In this document: positions 17,055 through 25,264 of the stretch, in pieces | Layout: each line of letters begins with the position of its first letter | How positions within the stretch are numbered: the stretch's first letter is position 1 | Source: Paenibacillus sp. | GTDB taxonomy: Bacteria > Bacillota > Bacilli > Paenibacillales > YIM-B00363 | Length of the DNA: 32,000 nucleotides | Assembly: GCF_031177825.1 (NCBI RefSeq) | Contig: NZ_JAPSKE010000016.1 | Location: forward strand, 7,774 to 39,773 | Direction of reading: 5' to 3' | Notes under the pieces: model-generated | The model's input: only the letters and a program-made list of their open reading frames with translations | The model's database searches: none | What the model was told of the DNA's origin: nothing | Program-made: the position numbers and the translations under genes

Positions 17055-18326
17055 ATGCGGAACGATACAGTTTCTCCGGAAATGCAGGAACGGTTATACA
17101 AGCGGACATTGGCGATCGTCGTCGTCTCCCAGCTGTTCGGAGGCGCGGGGCTGGCGGCGGGCGTGACGGTCGGCGCGCTCCTGGCCCGGGATATGCTCGG
17201 CACGGACAGCGCGGCGGGCATCCCGTCCGCCTTGCTTACGCTCGGCTCCGCGGCGGCGGCGCTGCTCGTCGGCCGGCTCTCGCAGCGATCCGGCCGCCGC
17301 ATCGGGCTGGGGACGGGCTTCTTGGCCGGGGGCGTCGGCGCGATCGGGATCGTCGTCGCCGCCGTCATGCATAGCATTCCGTTGTTATTCGCTTGCTTGC
17401 TGATTTACGGCGTAGGCTCCGCGACGAACCTGCAAGCGAGGTATGCGGGGACCGACTTGGCGAAGCCCGGGCAACGGGCGAAGGCGGTCAGCGTCTCATT
17501 AGTGTCTACCACGTTCGGCGCCGTCGCGGGACCGAATCTGGTCGGACCGATGGGAGGCGTCGCGACGTCGATCGGCATCCCGGCGCTCGCGGGTCCGTTC
17601 CTCCTTGCCGCAGCGGCCTATGCGCTGGCCGGCTTCGTCTTCTTGGCGTTCCTGCGCCCGGACCCGTTCCTCGTCGCGAAGACGATCGAGGACGCTCGGG
17701 CGAAGGCGGATCGAAGCGGCGGCGTCCCGGGGGATTCGTCGCATTCCCCGATCGGGAACCGCAGAGGGATCGTCGTCGGCGCGTCCGTGATGATCCTGAC
17801 GCAGATCGTTATGGTCGCCATCATGACGATGACGCCGATCCATATGGAGCATCATGGGTTCGGCTTAAGCGATGTGGGACTCGTCATCGGGTTCCACATC
17901 GGCGCGATGTATCTTCCCTCCCTCGCGACCGGCGCGCTCGTCGATAAGCTCGGACGGACGACGATGTCGATCGCGGCCGGCGCCGTTCTGTTATCCGCCG
18001 GGATCGTAGCCGCTCTCGCGCCGGGACATTCGATCGGAAGTCTGATCGCCGCGCTTGTATTGCTTGGGCTCGGGTGGAATTTCGGACTGATCAGCGGCAC
18101 GACGCTGATCGTCGACGCGACCCATCCGTCCACCCGCGCGAAGACGCAAGGAACGATCGACGTCTCGATCGCTCTGGCCGGGGCGTCGGGCGGCGCCTTG
18201 TCCGGTCTGGTCGTGGAGCATGCCGGCTTCGCCGCGCTATCTCTTGCCGGGGGCCTGCTTGCCTTGCTGCTGCTGCCGGTCGTGATCTGGTCGGAGGCCG
18301 GGAGAAGAGCCGGAGCGCGCTCGTGA
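17055..18326 (+). CDS. MFS transporter
   Basis: A 423-aa polytopic protein with about 12 hydrophobic segments and MFS motif A (VGRLSQRSGRRIG). RBS AAGGAGG lies 7 nt upstream, and the start is 13 nt after the regulator's stop. Confidence 0.85.
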   Translation: MRNDTVSPEMQERLYKRTLAIVVVSQLFGGAGLAAGVTVGALLARDMLGTDSAAGIPSALLTLGSAAAALLVGRLSQRSGRRIGLGTGFLAGGVGAIGIVVAAVMHSIPLLFACLLIYGVGSATNLQARYAGTDLAKPGQRAKAVSVSLVSTTFGAVAGPNLVGPMGGVATSIGIPALAGPFLLAAAAYALAGFVFLAFLRPDPFLVAKTIEDARAKADRSGGVPGDSSHSPIGNRRGIVVGASVMILTQIVMVAIMTMTPIHMEHHGFGLSDVGLVIGFHIGAMYLPSLATGALVDKLGRTTMSIAAGAVLLSAGIVAALAPGHSIGSLIAALVLLGLGWNFGLISGTTLIVDATHPSTRAKTQGTIDVSIALAGASGGALSGLVVEHAGFAALSLAGGLLALLLLPVVIWSEAGRRAGARS

Positions 18327-18373
18327 CGAAGCGGGCGGCGCGCTCGAACGAGGTTGTCACGATTTTCGCCGGG

Positions 18374-18406
18374 AAGTCATGAATTGGAGTCATATTGTCA
18401 TGACTT
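18374..18406. repeat. Inverted repeat at the chromosome / tail-cluster boundary
   Basis: AAGTCATGA (18374-18382) and TCATGACTT (18398-18406), with a third partial AGTCAT copy in the 15-nt loop. No U-tract follows. Confidence 0.4.
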
Positions 18407-18661
18407 TCGGGCGGAGCCGACCGCGCGCCTGCGCAGAGGGGGACGCGAATTTCCCGGCAACGGCAAAGGGTTCCCGTCTCGCTTCGGGGAGGTTATAGCC
18501 GATTATACCTATGATAATCAAGGCGAACCGTGTCATTTTCCCCTATAGGTAGTGCTCCGAACGTCCCTTCACAATCGTAGGCTGTTTGGTAAAATAAGGT
18601 ATATTTGAATGGGGGTCAATTATAGACATAGGAAATATTACGGAGGATAGGTGAAAGAAAC

Positions 18662-18997
18662 ATGCCGTTAACCGCAGTCGTCTCGGAGGATGAAAGAATG
18701 CAAGTCAAGAGACTGCTGAAGGCCTACCCGTCGATGAAGGCAGCAGTGGACATTAGCGTATGGGATCAGGGAGCCGCGATGGCCGAGTATGCCGGGAAGT
18801 GCAAGGCGATCGAACGCGCGTTGGAGGCTTTGCCCTATGAAGGGAGGGAAATTATAACGAAATGTTTCTTGGAACAGAAGAAGGACAAGTACATCTACGA
18901 ATTCGTGTTGAAAATTCCTAAGAGCACATATGACTTATACAAGTCCAGAGCCATACATACCTTGTCCTCCATCCTGAAAGCGGCAAACATCGTATGA
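18662..18997 (+). CDS. ArpU/RinA-like (sigma-70 region-4-like) phage late-gene transcriptional activator
   Basis: A 111-aa protein whose C-terminal part (LPYEGREIITKCFLEQKKDKYIYEFVLKIPKSTYDLYKSRAIHTLSSIL) resembles region-4 HTH proteins of the ArpU family. RBS GGAGGATAGG lies upstream. GC content is visibly lower than in the flanking DNA. Confidence 0.6.
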   Translation: MPLTAVVSEDERMQVKRLLKAYPSMKAAVDISVWDQGAAMAEYAGKCKAIERALEALPYEGREIITKCFLEQKKDKYIYEFVLKIPKSTYDLYKSRAIHTLSSILKAANIV

Positions 18998-19015
18998 CAT
19001 ATAAGGCAAGAAACC

Positions 19016-19043
19016 GAGCTTCCGCCGAGGAAGCTTTTTTTTG
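19016..19043 (+). terminator. Rho-independent terminator directly after the activator gene
   Basis: Stem AGCTTCC (19017-19023) / GGAAGCT (19029-19035) with loop GCCGA, followed by an 8-T run. Confidence 0.75.
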
Positions 19044-19104
19044 CGCCTGTTTTGGGCTTTTTTTGGGCGAATTTTGGATGGAATTCGTATGAACGCGATA
19101 CCGA

Positions 19105-19134
19105 TTGTAGGCGGACGTCCGCTTACACTAAATA
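19105..19134 (+). promoter_or_regulatory. Candidate late promoter with a palindrome in its spacer
   Basis: TTGTAG (19105-19110), an 18-nt spacer, then TAAATA (19129-19134). The spacer begins with the perfect 12-bp palindrome GCGGACGTCCGC (19111-19122). Confidence 0.3.
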
Positions 19135-19148
19135 GGAACGAACGATCC

Positions 19149-19177
19149 AGCCATCCGGGAGAGCGGGTGGCTTTTCT
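19149..19177 (+). promoter_or_regulatory. Second terminator-like hairpin in the leader of the structural operon
   Basis: A 9-bp stem AGCCATCCG (19149-19157) / CGGGTGGCT (19164-19172) with one G-U pair and loop GGAGAG, followed by TTTCT. It lies just before the RBS GGAGGTGAAAGGAGAGGGG. Confidence 0.35.
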
Positions 19178-19202
19178 AATGGAGGTGAAAGGAGAGGGGC
19201 AT

Positions 19203-19664
19203 ATGTTCGCCGACTTGCATGCGATCGCGGCTTTCTGCGGGGAGCTCGTCGAAGCGCAAACGTATATCGGGGATATCCCGGAGACGAAGGCGATTCCGTC
19301 GCTATGCTTCCCGCCGCCGCGCATCGCGGACGGCCCCGGCTCGGTGTCTTCGTTCCGCAAGACGTATACGCTTGCGATCCGGGTGATCCAAGCGACCGAC
19401 AGCCAAGCGTTCTTGGCGGCGGAGCGCATCGCGGACGGCATTCGGTATGCGCGGTACCGGATTCCCGAGCTGGACGAAGTAGGGAACGCGACCGGCGGTT
19501 ATTTGCGGATCGATCGATTGGAGCTGCGGATGGCCGGCACCGGCGAAGCGGAGTTGGCGGCGGAATGGTCCCGCCAATCGAGCTATTCGAGAGAGAGTTA
19601 TGCACGCATAAATACATTGCATGTCGCTGGGAGGTTGAAGAACGATGGGGAAGCAGCGGAATAA
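19203..19664 (+). CDS. Phage tail-completion / sheath-terminator-like protein (occupies the position of PBSX XkdJ)
   Basis: A 153-aa ORF starting at the ATG after a strong RBS. The listed start at 19041 would run through the terminator. It overlaps the next gene by 20 nt. Function is inferred from position only. Confidence 0.5.
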   Translation: MFADLHAIAAFCGELVEAQTYIGDIPETKAIPSLCFPPPRIADGPGSVSSFRKTYTLAIRVIQATDSQAFLAAERIADGIRYARYRIPELDEVGNATGGYLRIDRLELRMAGTGEAELAAEWSRQSSYSRESYARINTLHVAGRLKNDGEAAE

Positions 19665-19905
19665 CGACGTCGACGCGCATCCGGCGGAAGCGTCGGAGTC
19701 GGCGGCGTCGGCGAACGAGGACCGGAAGCCGGCCGAGTCGGCGGAGAAACGGTTCACGGCCGTCAGCCTAAGAAGCCATGCCAGGCAGTTGTTCGGGGTA
19801 AATCCGGAAACCGTCGACGGCGCGCTGCACGGCAGCGCAGGGGAGTTCACCGTGAAGGAAGCGCAGGCGAAAATCAAAGCATTTTTGAAACGGGAGGTCA
19901 AGTGA
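19645..19905 (+). CDS. Small acidic phage protein preceding the sheath gene, function unknown
   Basis: An 86-aa ORF with RBS GGGAGG 10 nt upstream and translational coupling on both sides. The N-terminal half looks disordered (DAHPAEASESAASANEDRKPAESAEK) and is followed by a short helical C-terminus. Confidence 0.55.
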   Translation: MGKQRNNDVDAHPAEASESAASANEDRKPAESAEKRFTAVSLRSHARQLFGVNPETVDGALHGSAGEFTVKEAQAKIKAFLKREVK

Positions 19906-19906
19906 G

Positions 19907-21262
19907 ATGGCGGGAGGAACTTGGACGTTAGGCGTGGAGAAGGTGCGGCCGGGGTTGTATATGAATTTCAAGATCGCGGCGCTCGAGCGGATCAAATCCG
20001 GCGAGCGAGGGACGGTCACGATCCCGCTCGTCTTGAAATGGGGACAGCCGAAGACGTTCCTGCGCATCGAGAAGGACAGCGACGCGATGGAGCTGCTCGG
20101 CTACGACATCAACGACGAGGAGATGCTCCTCGTTCGCGAAGCGAAGAAGCGGGCGAAGACGCTGCTCGTCTATCGGTTGAACGACGGGAACAAGGCGACG
20201 GGGTCGTTCGGCACGGCGCCGAACGTGACGACGGCGACCGCGATCTACGCGGGCACGAGGGGCAACGACGTGCTCATCACCGCCGAGGACGACCCCTCGA
20301 GCGAGAGCGGCATGCTGGTGAAGACGCTCGTCGACGGCAGAGTCGTCGACCAGCAGGTCGTGAGCGCGGCGGCCGACTTGAAGGCCAACGCGTGGGTGAC
20401 GTTCTCGGGCGCGGGCACGGTGTCCAGCACGCCGGGCACGGCGCTGACGGGCGGCACGAACGCGGCCGCGATCGGCGCGGACCATACCGAATATTTGGAG
20501 CGGACGGAGACGCAGCACTTCGAGGTGATCGCGTACCCGTACGAAGACGACGAGCTGAAGGTATCGTTCATCTCGTACATTCGCCGGATGCGCGAAGAGG
20601 AAGGGAAGAAAATCCAGGGCGTCGTCGCCGGCAAAGTGTCCGAAGGCGTATTCCAGAACATCGCCGATTACGAAGGCATCGTCAGCGTGGGCAACGGCGT
20701 CGTGCTGCTTGACGGGACCGCCCTGAGCAAGGAGCAAGCCGTCGCGTGGGTCGCCGGGGCGACGGCGGGCGCATCGATCGTTCAGTCCAACACATACAGC
20801 GCCTACGAAGGCGCGGCGGACGCGAATCCGCGCCTGAAGAACAGCCAGGTGATCGACGCGCTGAAGAAGGGACAGTTCGTCTTCGTGCACGACGGGGTCA
20901 AGGTGAAGGTCGAGCAGGACATCAACTCGCTCGTCTCCTATTCGCAGACGCGCAACGGGCGGTTCTCCAAGAACCGGGTCGTTCGCGTGTTGGACGCGAT
21001 CGCGAACGACTTCGCCCGCGTCGCGAACGACAGCTATATCGGCAAGATCGACAACAACGCCGACGGTCACGCCCTGCTCAAGGCGGCGGCGAATCAATAC
21101 TTGCGCGATCTGCAGGATGCCGGCGCGATTCAGAACGTCGACTTCGACAACGACTTCGCGATCGACAAGACTCGCTCGGTCGGCGACGAGGTGTACGTCA
21201 ACCTGTCCGTGCAGCCGGTGGACAGCATGGAGAAATTTTTCTTTACCGTGGAGGTGCGATAA
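19907..21262 (+). CDS. Contractile tail sheath protein (XkdK-like)
   Basis: A 451-aa protein. Its N-terminus (MAGGTWTLGVEKVRPGLYMNFK) and overall size and position are typical of PBSX-type sheaths. RBS GGGAGG is upstream, and the ATG is 1 nt after the preceding stop. Confidence 0.85.
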   Translation: MAGGTWTLGVEKVRPGLYMNFKIAALERIKSGERGTVTIPLVLKWGQPKTFLRIEKDSDAMELLGYDINDEEMLLVREAKKRAKTLLVYRLNDGNKATGSFGTAPNVTTATAIYAGTRGNDVLITAEDDPSSESGMLVKTLVDGRVVDQQVVSAAADLKANAWVTFSGAGTVSSTPGTALTGGTNAAAIGADHTEYLERTETQHFEVIAYPYEDDELKVSFISYIRRMREEEGKKIQGVVAGKVSEGVFQNIADYEGIVSVGNGVVLLDGTALSKEQAVAWVAGATAGASIVQSNTYSAYEGAADANPRLKNSQVIDALKKGQFVFVHDGVKVKVEQDINSLVSYSQTRNGRFSKNRVVRVLDAIANDFARVANDSYIGKIDNNADGHALLKAAANQYLRDLQDAGAIQNVDFDNDFAIDKTRSVGDEVYVNLSVQPVDSMEKFFFTVEVR

Positions 21263-21265
21263 GCG

Positions 21266-21715
21266 ATGGCGAAGTTTCGCGCGGACAATACGATCAACGG
21301 CCGGGAAGCGAGATTGTTCCTCGACAGCGAGGAGATCGGCTACGCCAAGTCGTTCGAGGCGACGATCGAGAAGAACAAGGTGGACATTCCCGTGCTCGGG
21401 AATCGCTGGCTCGGCAAGAAGACGACCAGCCTGAGCGGCACGGGGACGTTGACGCTGTACAAGGTGACTTCGAAATTTTCGAAGATGCTGCTGGAATACG
21501 CGACGACGGGCAAGGACGTCTACTTCACGCTGCAGGGCGTGCTCGACGACCCGGGAGCGGGTCGCGGGACGGAGCGGATTACGTTGATCCACTGCAATAT
21601 CGACTCGGTGAAGATCGGTCAATTCAACGTCGAAGCGGAAGCGCTGGAGGAAGAAATTCCGTTCACGTTCGAAGGCGCCGAAATTCCGGAAGCGCTGAAG
21701 GATACGTTCGAATAA
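21266..21715 (+). CDS. Tail tube protein (XkdM-like)
   Basis: A 149-aa protein directly after the sheath gene. The motifs GREARLFLD..EIGYAKSFEATIEKNKVDIPVLG...TGTLTLYKVTS match the XkdM tube family pattern. Confidence 0.8.
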   Translation: MAKFRADNTINGREARLFLDSEEIGYAKSFEATIEKNKVDIPVLGNRWLGKKTTSLSGTGTLTLYKVTSKFSKMLLEYATTGKDVYFTLQGVLDDPGAGRGTERITLIHCNIDSVKIGQFNVEAEALEEEIPFTFEGAEIPEALKDTFE

Positions 21716-21746
21716 CGATTTCAATCCCTTGAAGGAGGCACGCGCG

Positions 21747-22187
21747 ATGGCAGCCACGGCAACGAAATCGATGGATCTGTTCATGAAGGGCAAGGCGAAG
21801 CAAGTCGTGTTGGAAGAGGTCGTCGTCTCGAAGCGGTACGTGGACGAAGAAGGCAATCCGATCCCGTTCACGCTGAAGGCGGTCGACACGAAGCGGATCG
21901 AGGAGCTGCAGGACGAATGCACCGTGCCCCAGTTCAAGAAGGGGAAGAAGGTCGGCGAGGAGATCGACTGGAAGCGATTCGCCTGCCGACTGGCCGTCGA
22001 GACGACGGTATACCCGAACTTCCGGGACCCAGAGCTGCTGAACAGCTACGGCATCGTCGACCCATGCGAGCTCGTGAAGGAGATCTTGAACGTAGGCGGC
22101 GAATACGCCGAGCTTATTCAGGCGGTCCAACGGGTCAACGGCTTCGATACGGACTTCGAAGAGCTGGTGGATGAAGCAAAAAACTGA
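21747..22187 (+). CDS. Tail assembly chaperone (XkdN-like), zero-frame product
   Basis: Sits between the tube and tape-measure genes. The ATG at 21747 is 8 nt after GAAGGAGG (the listed start is a TTG at 21729). The gene ends ...DEAKN* on the heptamer A-AAA-AAC. Confidence 0.75.
   Translation: MAATATKSMDLFMKGKAKQVVLEEVVVSKRYVDEEGNPIPFTLKAVDTKRIEELQDECTVPQFKKGKKVGEEIDWKRFACRLAVETTVYPNFRDPELLNSYGIVDPCELVKEILNVGGEYAELIQAVQRVNGFDTDFEELVDEAKN
22178..22184 (+). promoter_or_regulatory. Candidate -1 programmed ribosomal frameshift slippery heptamer
   Basis: A AAA AAC sits in the zero frame of the chaperone gene, immediately before its TGA (22185-22187). The -1 frame stays open for a further 58 codons. 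Confidence 0.6.
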
Positions 22188-22360
22188 TTCGCAGTGGCGA
22201 TTACCATGCGTTAGTATCCCACCGGGTGTGGCAGAAGCACCACCTTCTCCCGCAGGAGCTGTGGAGCATGGACGATTACCACCGCGCATTCATTTACGCT
22301 TCCGAGTTTCTCGAGATGGAGTCCGAACGGAAGGCGGAACGCGCGGCGAGACGCGGGTAG
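22184..22360 (+). CDS. Frameshift extension of the tail assembly chaperone (XkzB-like, the T part of a G/GT-type pair)
   Basis: The -1 frame reads LIRSGDYHALVSHRVWQKHHLLPQELWSMDDYHRAFIYASEFLEMESERKAERAARRG* and ends 42 nt before the tape-measure start. The sequence looks protein-like, not like the Arg/Gly-rich junk seen in the third frame. No independent RBS precedes its internal ATG (22268). Confidence 0.55.
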   Translation: MIRSGDYHALVSHRVWQKHHLLPQELWSMDDYHRAFIYASEFLEMESERKAERAARRG

Positions 22361-22402
22361 CGGGACGCGCCCGCCGCGTCGGAAGGAGGCGAAGCGGCAC
22401 CT

Positions 22403-25264
22403 ATGGCAGCGGCCAATGCGGTAGTCATGGCCGGAAGGGCGTACGCCGCGAAACAAGTAAGGCAAAAAGGGGCGGCGGCGATGGCCGGCGGCGCGAAGTC
22501 GAGGTTCGGTTCCTTGCGCAACGTACGGAACAAGACCGGCACCGGCGCGGCGGCGCTGTCCCCGTCGCTCATATCGGCGTTGGCTCCGGCCGCGTCGCAA
22601 GCGGCGCAGACCGCGGCCCCGACGGCGGCATCGCCGGCCGCGGCGCCGGCGACTGCTCCCGGATTGTGGAGCAAGGTCAAAGGCAAGTGGACGAAGACGC
22701 AAGAGCAATGGACGAAGCTGCAGGGGCATGCGAAGCAGATGGGGGACGCCATCGGCGCGCTGGGCGTCGGGGCGAAGCTGAAGAGCTTCGGCGACGCGAC
22801 GCTCGGCGCGGCGGCGGACTTGGAGTCGAGCCGCATCGGCTTCGACTTCCTGATGAGCAAGCTGAATGCCGGAGCCGGGAAAGGGAAGGGCAAAGGGCCG
22901 GCAAGCGCCAAGGAGCTCGAACAGTCGATCGCCGATTACTGGACGGCGCTGCGGGAGAACGCGCAGATGACGGCCTTCTCGGCGAACGACGTGCTCGCCG
23001 GCGGGATGAAGGCGATCAAGCTGACGAAGGGCGACGCGAAGCAAGCGATGCAGCTCGTGAAGCTGGCCGAGGACATGGCGGCGTTCAATCCCGGGAAGTC
23101 GGTCAAGGAAGCGATGGCCGCCCTCTCGGCGGCGAAGACGCACGATTACTCCAAGATGAAGGAGTTCGGGCTCGAGTTCAAGAAGGGCAGCTGGAATTCG
23201 TTCCTGAAGACCGCCGACGCGTGGTTCCAGGGCGGCGGAGAGAAGTTGAACGCTTCGGCGAACGGCATGTGGGAGATCGTCACCGAAGGGGTGAAGGCGT
23301 CACTGCACAACGCTGGCGTCGCCGCGCTCGAACAGGTGAAGCCCGTCATGCTGCGGCTCGTCAATTGGCTGAGCGGCGGCGGCTTCAAGAAGCTGGAGTC
23401 GATCGCCGCGAAGACGGTGGACGTGTTCGTTAAGGTGTTCCTGTGGATGGCGGACGTGCTTGGACCGGTGTTCGGGTGGCTCGAGCAGGCGCTGGATTGG
23501 ATCGGCGCGAACTTCGAGACGCTGCGGCCGATCCTGAACGGGCTGATCGCCGCGTTCGCGGCGTTCGCCGTCATCTCGACGGTCATGTCCGTCATCTCCG
23601 GCATCGGCACGGCCGTCGCGCTGCTGGCGAACCCTATTTTTTGGGTCGTCGCCGCCATCGGCCTGCTGACCGCGGCTTGGACCGGCAACTGGCTGGGCAT
23701 TCGGGATAAGACGGCGAGCGCGATCGACTGGATCGTCTCGTCGTATCGGTCGCTGAAGGCAGGCATCGAGCGTTTCGTCCAAGAGGCGAAGCAGCTGTTC
23801 AAGGACCTCGGCGCCTGGGCGAAGCAGCTCTGGCAGGACGCCGGCGCCGTTCTCGAGCGGATGGGCCAGGCATTGGGCAAGGCGTTCCAGTCGATTCGCG
23901 CGACCGTCGTCGGCGCGCTGACTTGGATATATAACTTCCACGCGATGGCGTGGGGAGGGATGTGGCGGATCGTCGCCGGCGCAGCTTCGTTCTTTATCGA
24001 TACGATCGGCTCCGCGTTCGGGACGATCCGAAGCATCGTATCCGACGCCTTCGGTACGCTCCTCGACATCGGCCGGGCCGGTATGGAGCTGCTGCGCGGC
24101 ATCTTCGCCGGCGTATGGCAGGGCGCGGCCGGCGACCATGCGGGCGCCGTGAAGACGATCTCGCAGGCGGTCCTCGGCGCGTTCGGCAAGGTCGGCGCGC
24201 TGCTGTCGGGCTTCGCCGATCGGGCGAAGAACCATGCCTCGAGCTTCGTCCTCGGTTATGTTTCGGGGCTGATGAATTTCGGTCAGACCGTGGAACGAGC
24301 CGTGACGCCGATGAGGGACGCGCTCATGTCCGTCCTGCGGAGCGTCGCCGACTTCGCCGTCGCGGCGGGGAAGCGCATCGAAGCCGGCTTCTTCGCCTTC
24401 GTCGACGCGGTCGGTCAAGGCTTAGCGTGGTTCGACCGGACGCTGACGCAAATCCAAACCGACGTGCTCCTCTTCGGCATCCGGCTCGCGCTCGCATTCG
24501 ATCGGGCGATGACGGCCGCCGGCGACTATTTGTCCAAGAAGCTGAAGGAGATCGAAGAAGGCTTCTGGGCGACCCTGCGCCGTATCGGGGAGGCGATCGA
24601 CCAAGGCTTCCAGTCGTTCGTCGCTTGGGCGACCTCCGGCATGGAGCGACTCTGGGCCGCGATCTCTCCGGCACTCCAAGCGATCGGCGAATTCGGCTAC
24701 CTCATGATGGGCATCGCCATCGGCGCGTTCCTGTGGGGACTGCGCATCGTCTACGACCTCCTGACCGGGTTCCTCGATACGGCCGTGTCGTTCGGGGAGC
24801 GGTTCATGACCGGCTTGGTCGAAGGGCTGCAGCAGATGTGGGCCCCGCTGTATCAGAAGGTCATGGCCATCCGGGATTCGATCGCGAGCCTGTTCGGCGG
24901 AACGACGGCGGAGATGACCGTGTCGGTTCAGACGGTGCACGGCAGCCACCGGACGGGGCTCGCCCGCGTGCCGTTCGACGGGTACATCGCGCAGCTGCAC
25001 CGCGGCGAAATGGTGTTGACCTCCGAGCAGGCGGATCGGTACCGAGGCGGTCAGCTGTCCGCGGAGCAGCGTTCCGCGATGCTGCAGCCGTACGGCGCGG
25101 CCGGCGCGGCGCCGACTCCGGCGACGAAGTCGGTGGCGATCTCGAATCTGATCGGCGAGATGCATGTCCACGACGAAGCGGACGAGAACCGGTTCATCGA
25201 GAAGCTGAAGCGGATGCTGGAAGAGGACTTGTTGACGGAAGGGGAGGGCGTCTATGCCGGTTGA
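22403..25264 (+). CDS. Tail tape-measure protein (XkdO-like)
   Basis: A 953-aa Ala/Gly-rich helical protein with a hydrophobic central block (LIAAFAAFAVISTVMSVISGIGTAVALLANPIFWVVAAIGLL). The conserved C-terminal end reads HRTGLARVPFDGYIAQLHRGEMVLTSEQA. Position follows the chaperone pair. Confidence 0.85.
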   Translation: MAAANAVVMAGRAYAAKQVRQKGAAAMAGGAKSRFGSLRNVRNKTGTGAAALSPSLISALAPAASQAAQTAAPTAASPAAAPATAPGLWSKVKGKWTKTQEQWTKLQGHAKQMGDAIGALGVGAKLKSFGDATLGAAADLESSRIGFDFLMSKLNAGAGKGKGKGPASAKELEQSIADYWTALRENAQMTAFSANDVLAGGMKAIKLTKGDAKQAMQLVKLAEDMAAFNPGKSVKEAMAALSAAKTHDYSKMKEFGLEFKKGSWNSFLKTADAWFQGGGEKLNASANGMWEIVTEGVKASLHNAGVAALEQVKPVMLRLVNWLSGGGFKKLESIAAKTVDVFVKVFLWMADVLGPVFGWLEQALDWIGANFETLRPILNGLIAAFAAFAVISTVMSVISGIGTAVALLANPIFWVVAAIGLLTAAWTGNWLGIRDKTASAIDWIVSSYRSLKAGIERFVQEAKQLFKDLGAWAKQLWQDAGAVLERMGQALGKAFQSIRATVVGALTWIYNFHAMAWGGMWRIVAGAASFFIDTIGSAFGTIRSIVSDAFGTLLDIGRAGMELLRGIFAGVWQGAAGDHAGAVKTISQAVLGAFGKVGALLSGFADRAKNHASSFVLGYVSGLMNFGQTVERAVTPMRDALMSVLRSVADFAVAAGKRIEAGFFAFVDAVGQGLAWFDRTLTQIQTDVLLFGIRLALAFDRAMTAAGDYLSKKLKEIEEGFWATLRRIGEAIDQGFQSFVAWATSGMERLWAAISPALQAIGEFGYLMMGIAIGAFLWGLRIVYDLLTGFLDTAVSFGERFMTGLVEGLQQMWAPLYQKVMAIRDSIASLFGGTTAEMTVSVQTVHGSHRTGLARVPFDGYIAQLHRGEMVLTSEQADRYRGGQLSAEQRSAMLQPYGAAGAAPTPATKSVAISNLIGEMHVHDEADENRFIEKLKRMLEEDLLTEGEGVYAG

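Noticed and set aside
18354-18548. 64-aa ORF in the junction region before the tail cluster
   Set aside because: It has no RBS, a non-protein-like composition, and it spans the inverted repeat. I treat it as non-coding.
18558-18570. Possible LexA/Cheo box (CGAACGTCCCTTC) upstream of the tail-cluster activator gene
   Set aside because: The second half-site is CTTC rather than GTTC. A single weak half-palindrome is not enough to claim SOS control.
19928-21937. 669-aa ORF on the minus strand, antisense to the sheath and tube genes
   Set aside because: Its composition is Arg/His/Asp-rich and low-complexity, typical of out-of-frame reading of GC-rich coding DNA. It has no RBS. It fully overlaps well-supported, family-recognisable + strand genes.
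22171-23433. 420-aa + strand ORF starting at the chaperone stop, which could be mistaken for the frameshift product
   Set aside because: It is in the +1 rather than the -1 frame relative to the slippery heptamer. It translates to Arg/Gly-rich junk (…GRARRVGRRRSGTYGSG…) and overlaps the tape-measure gene out of frame. The -1 frame gives a protein-like extension instead.
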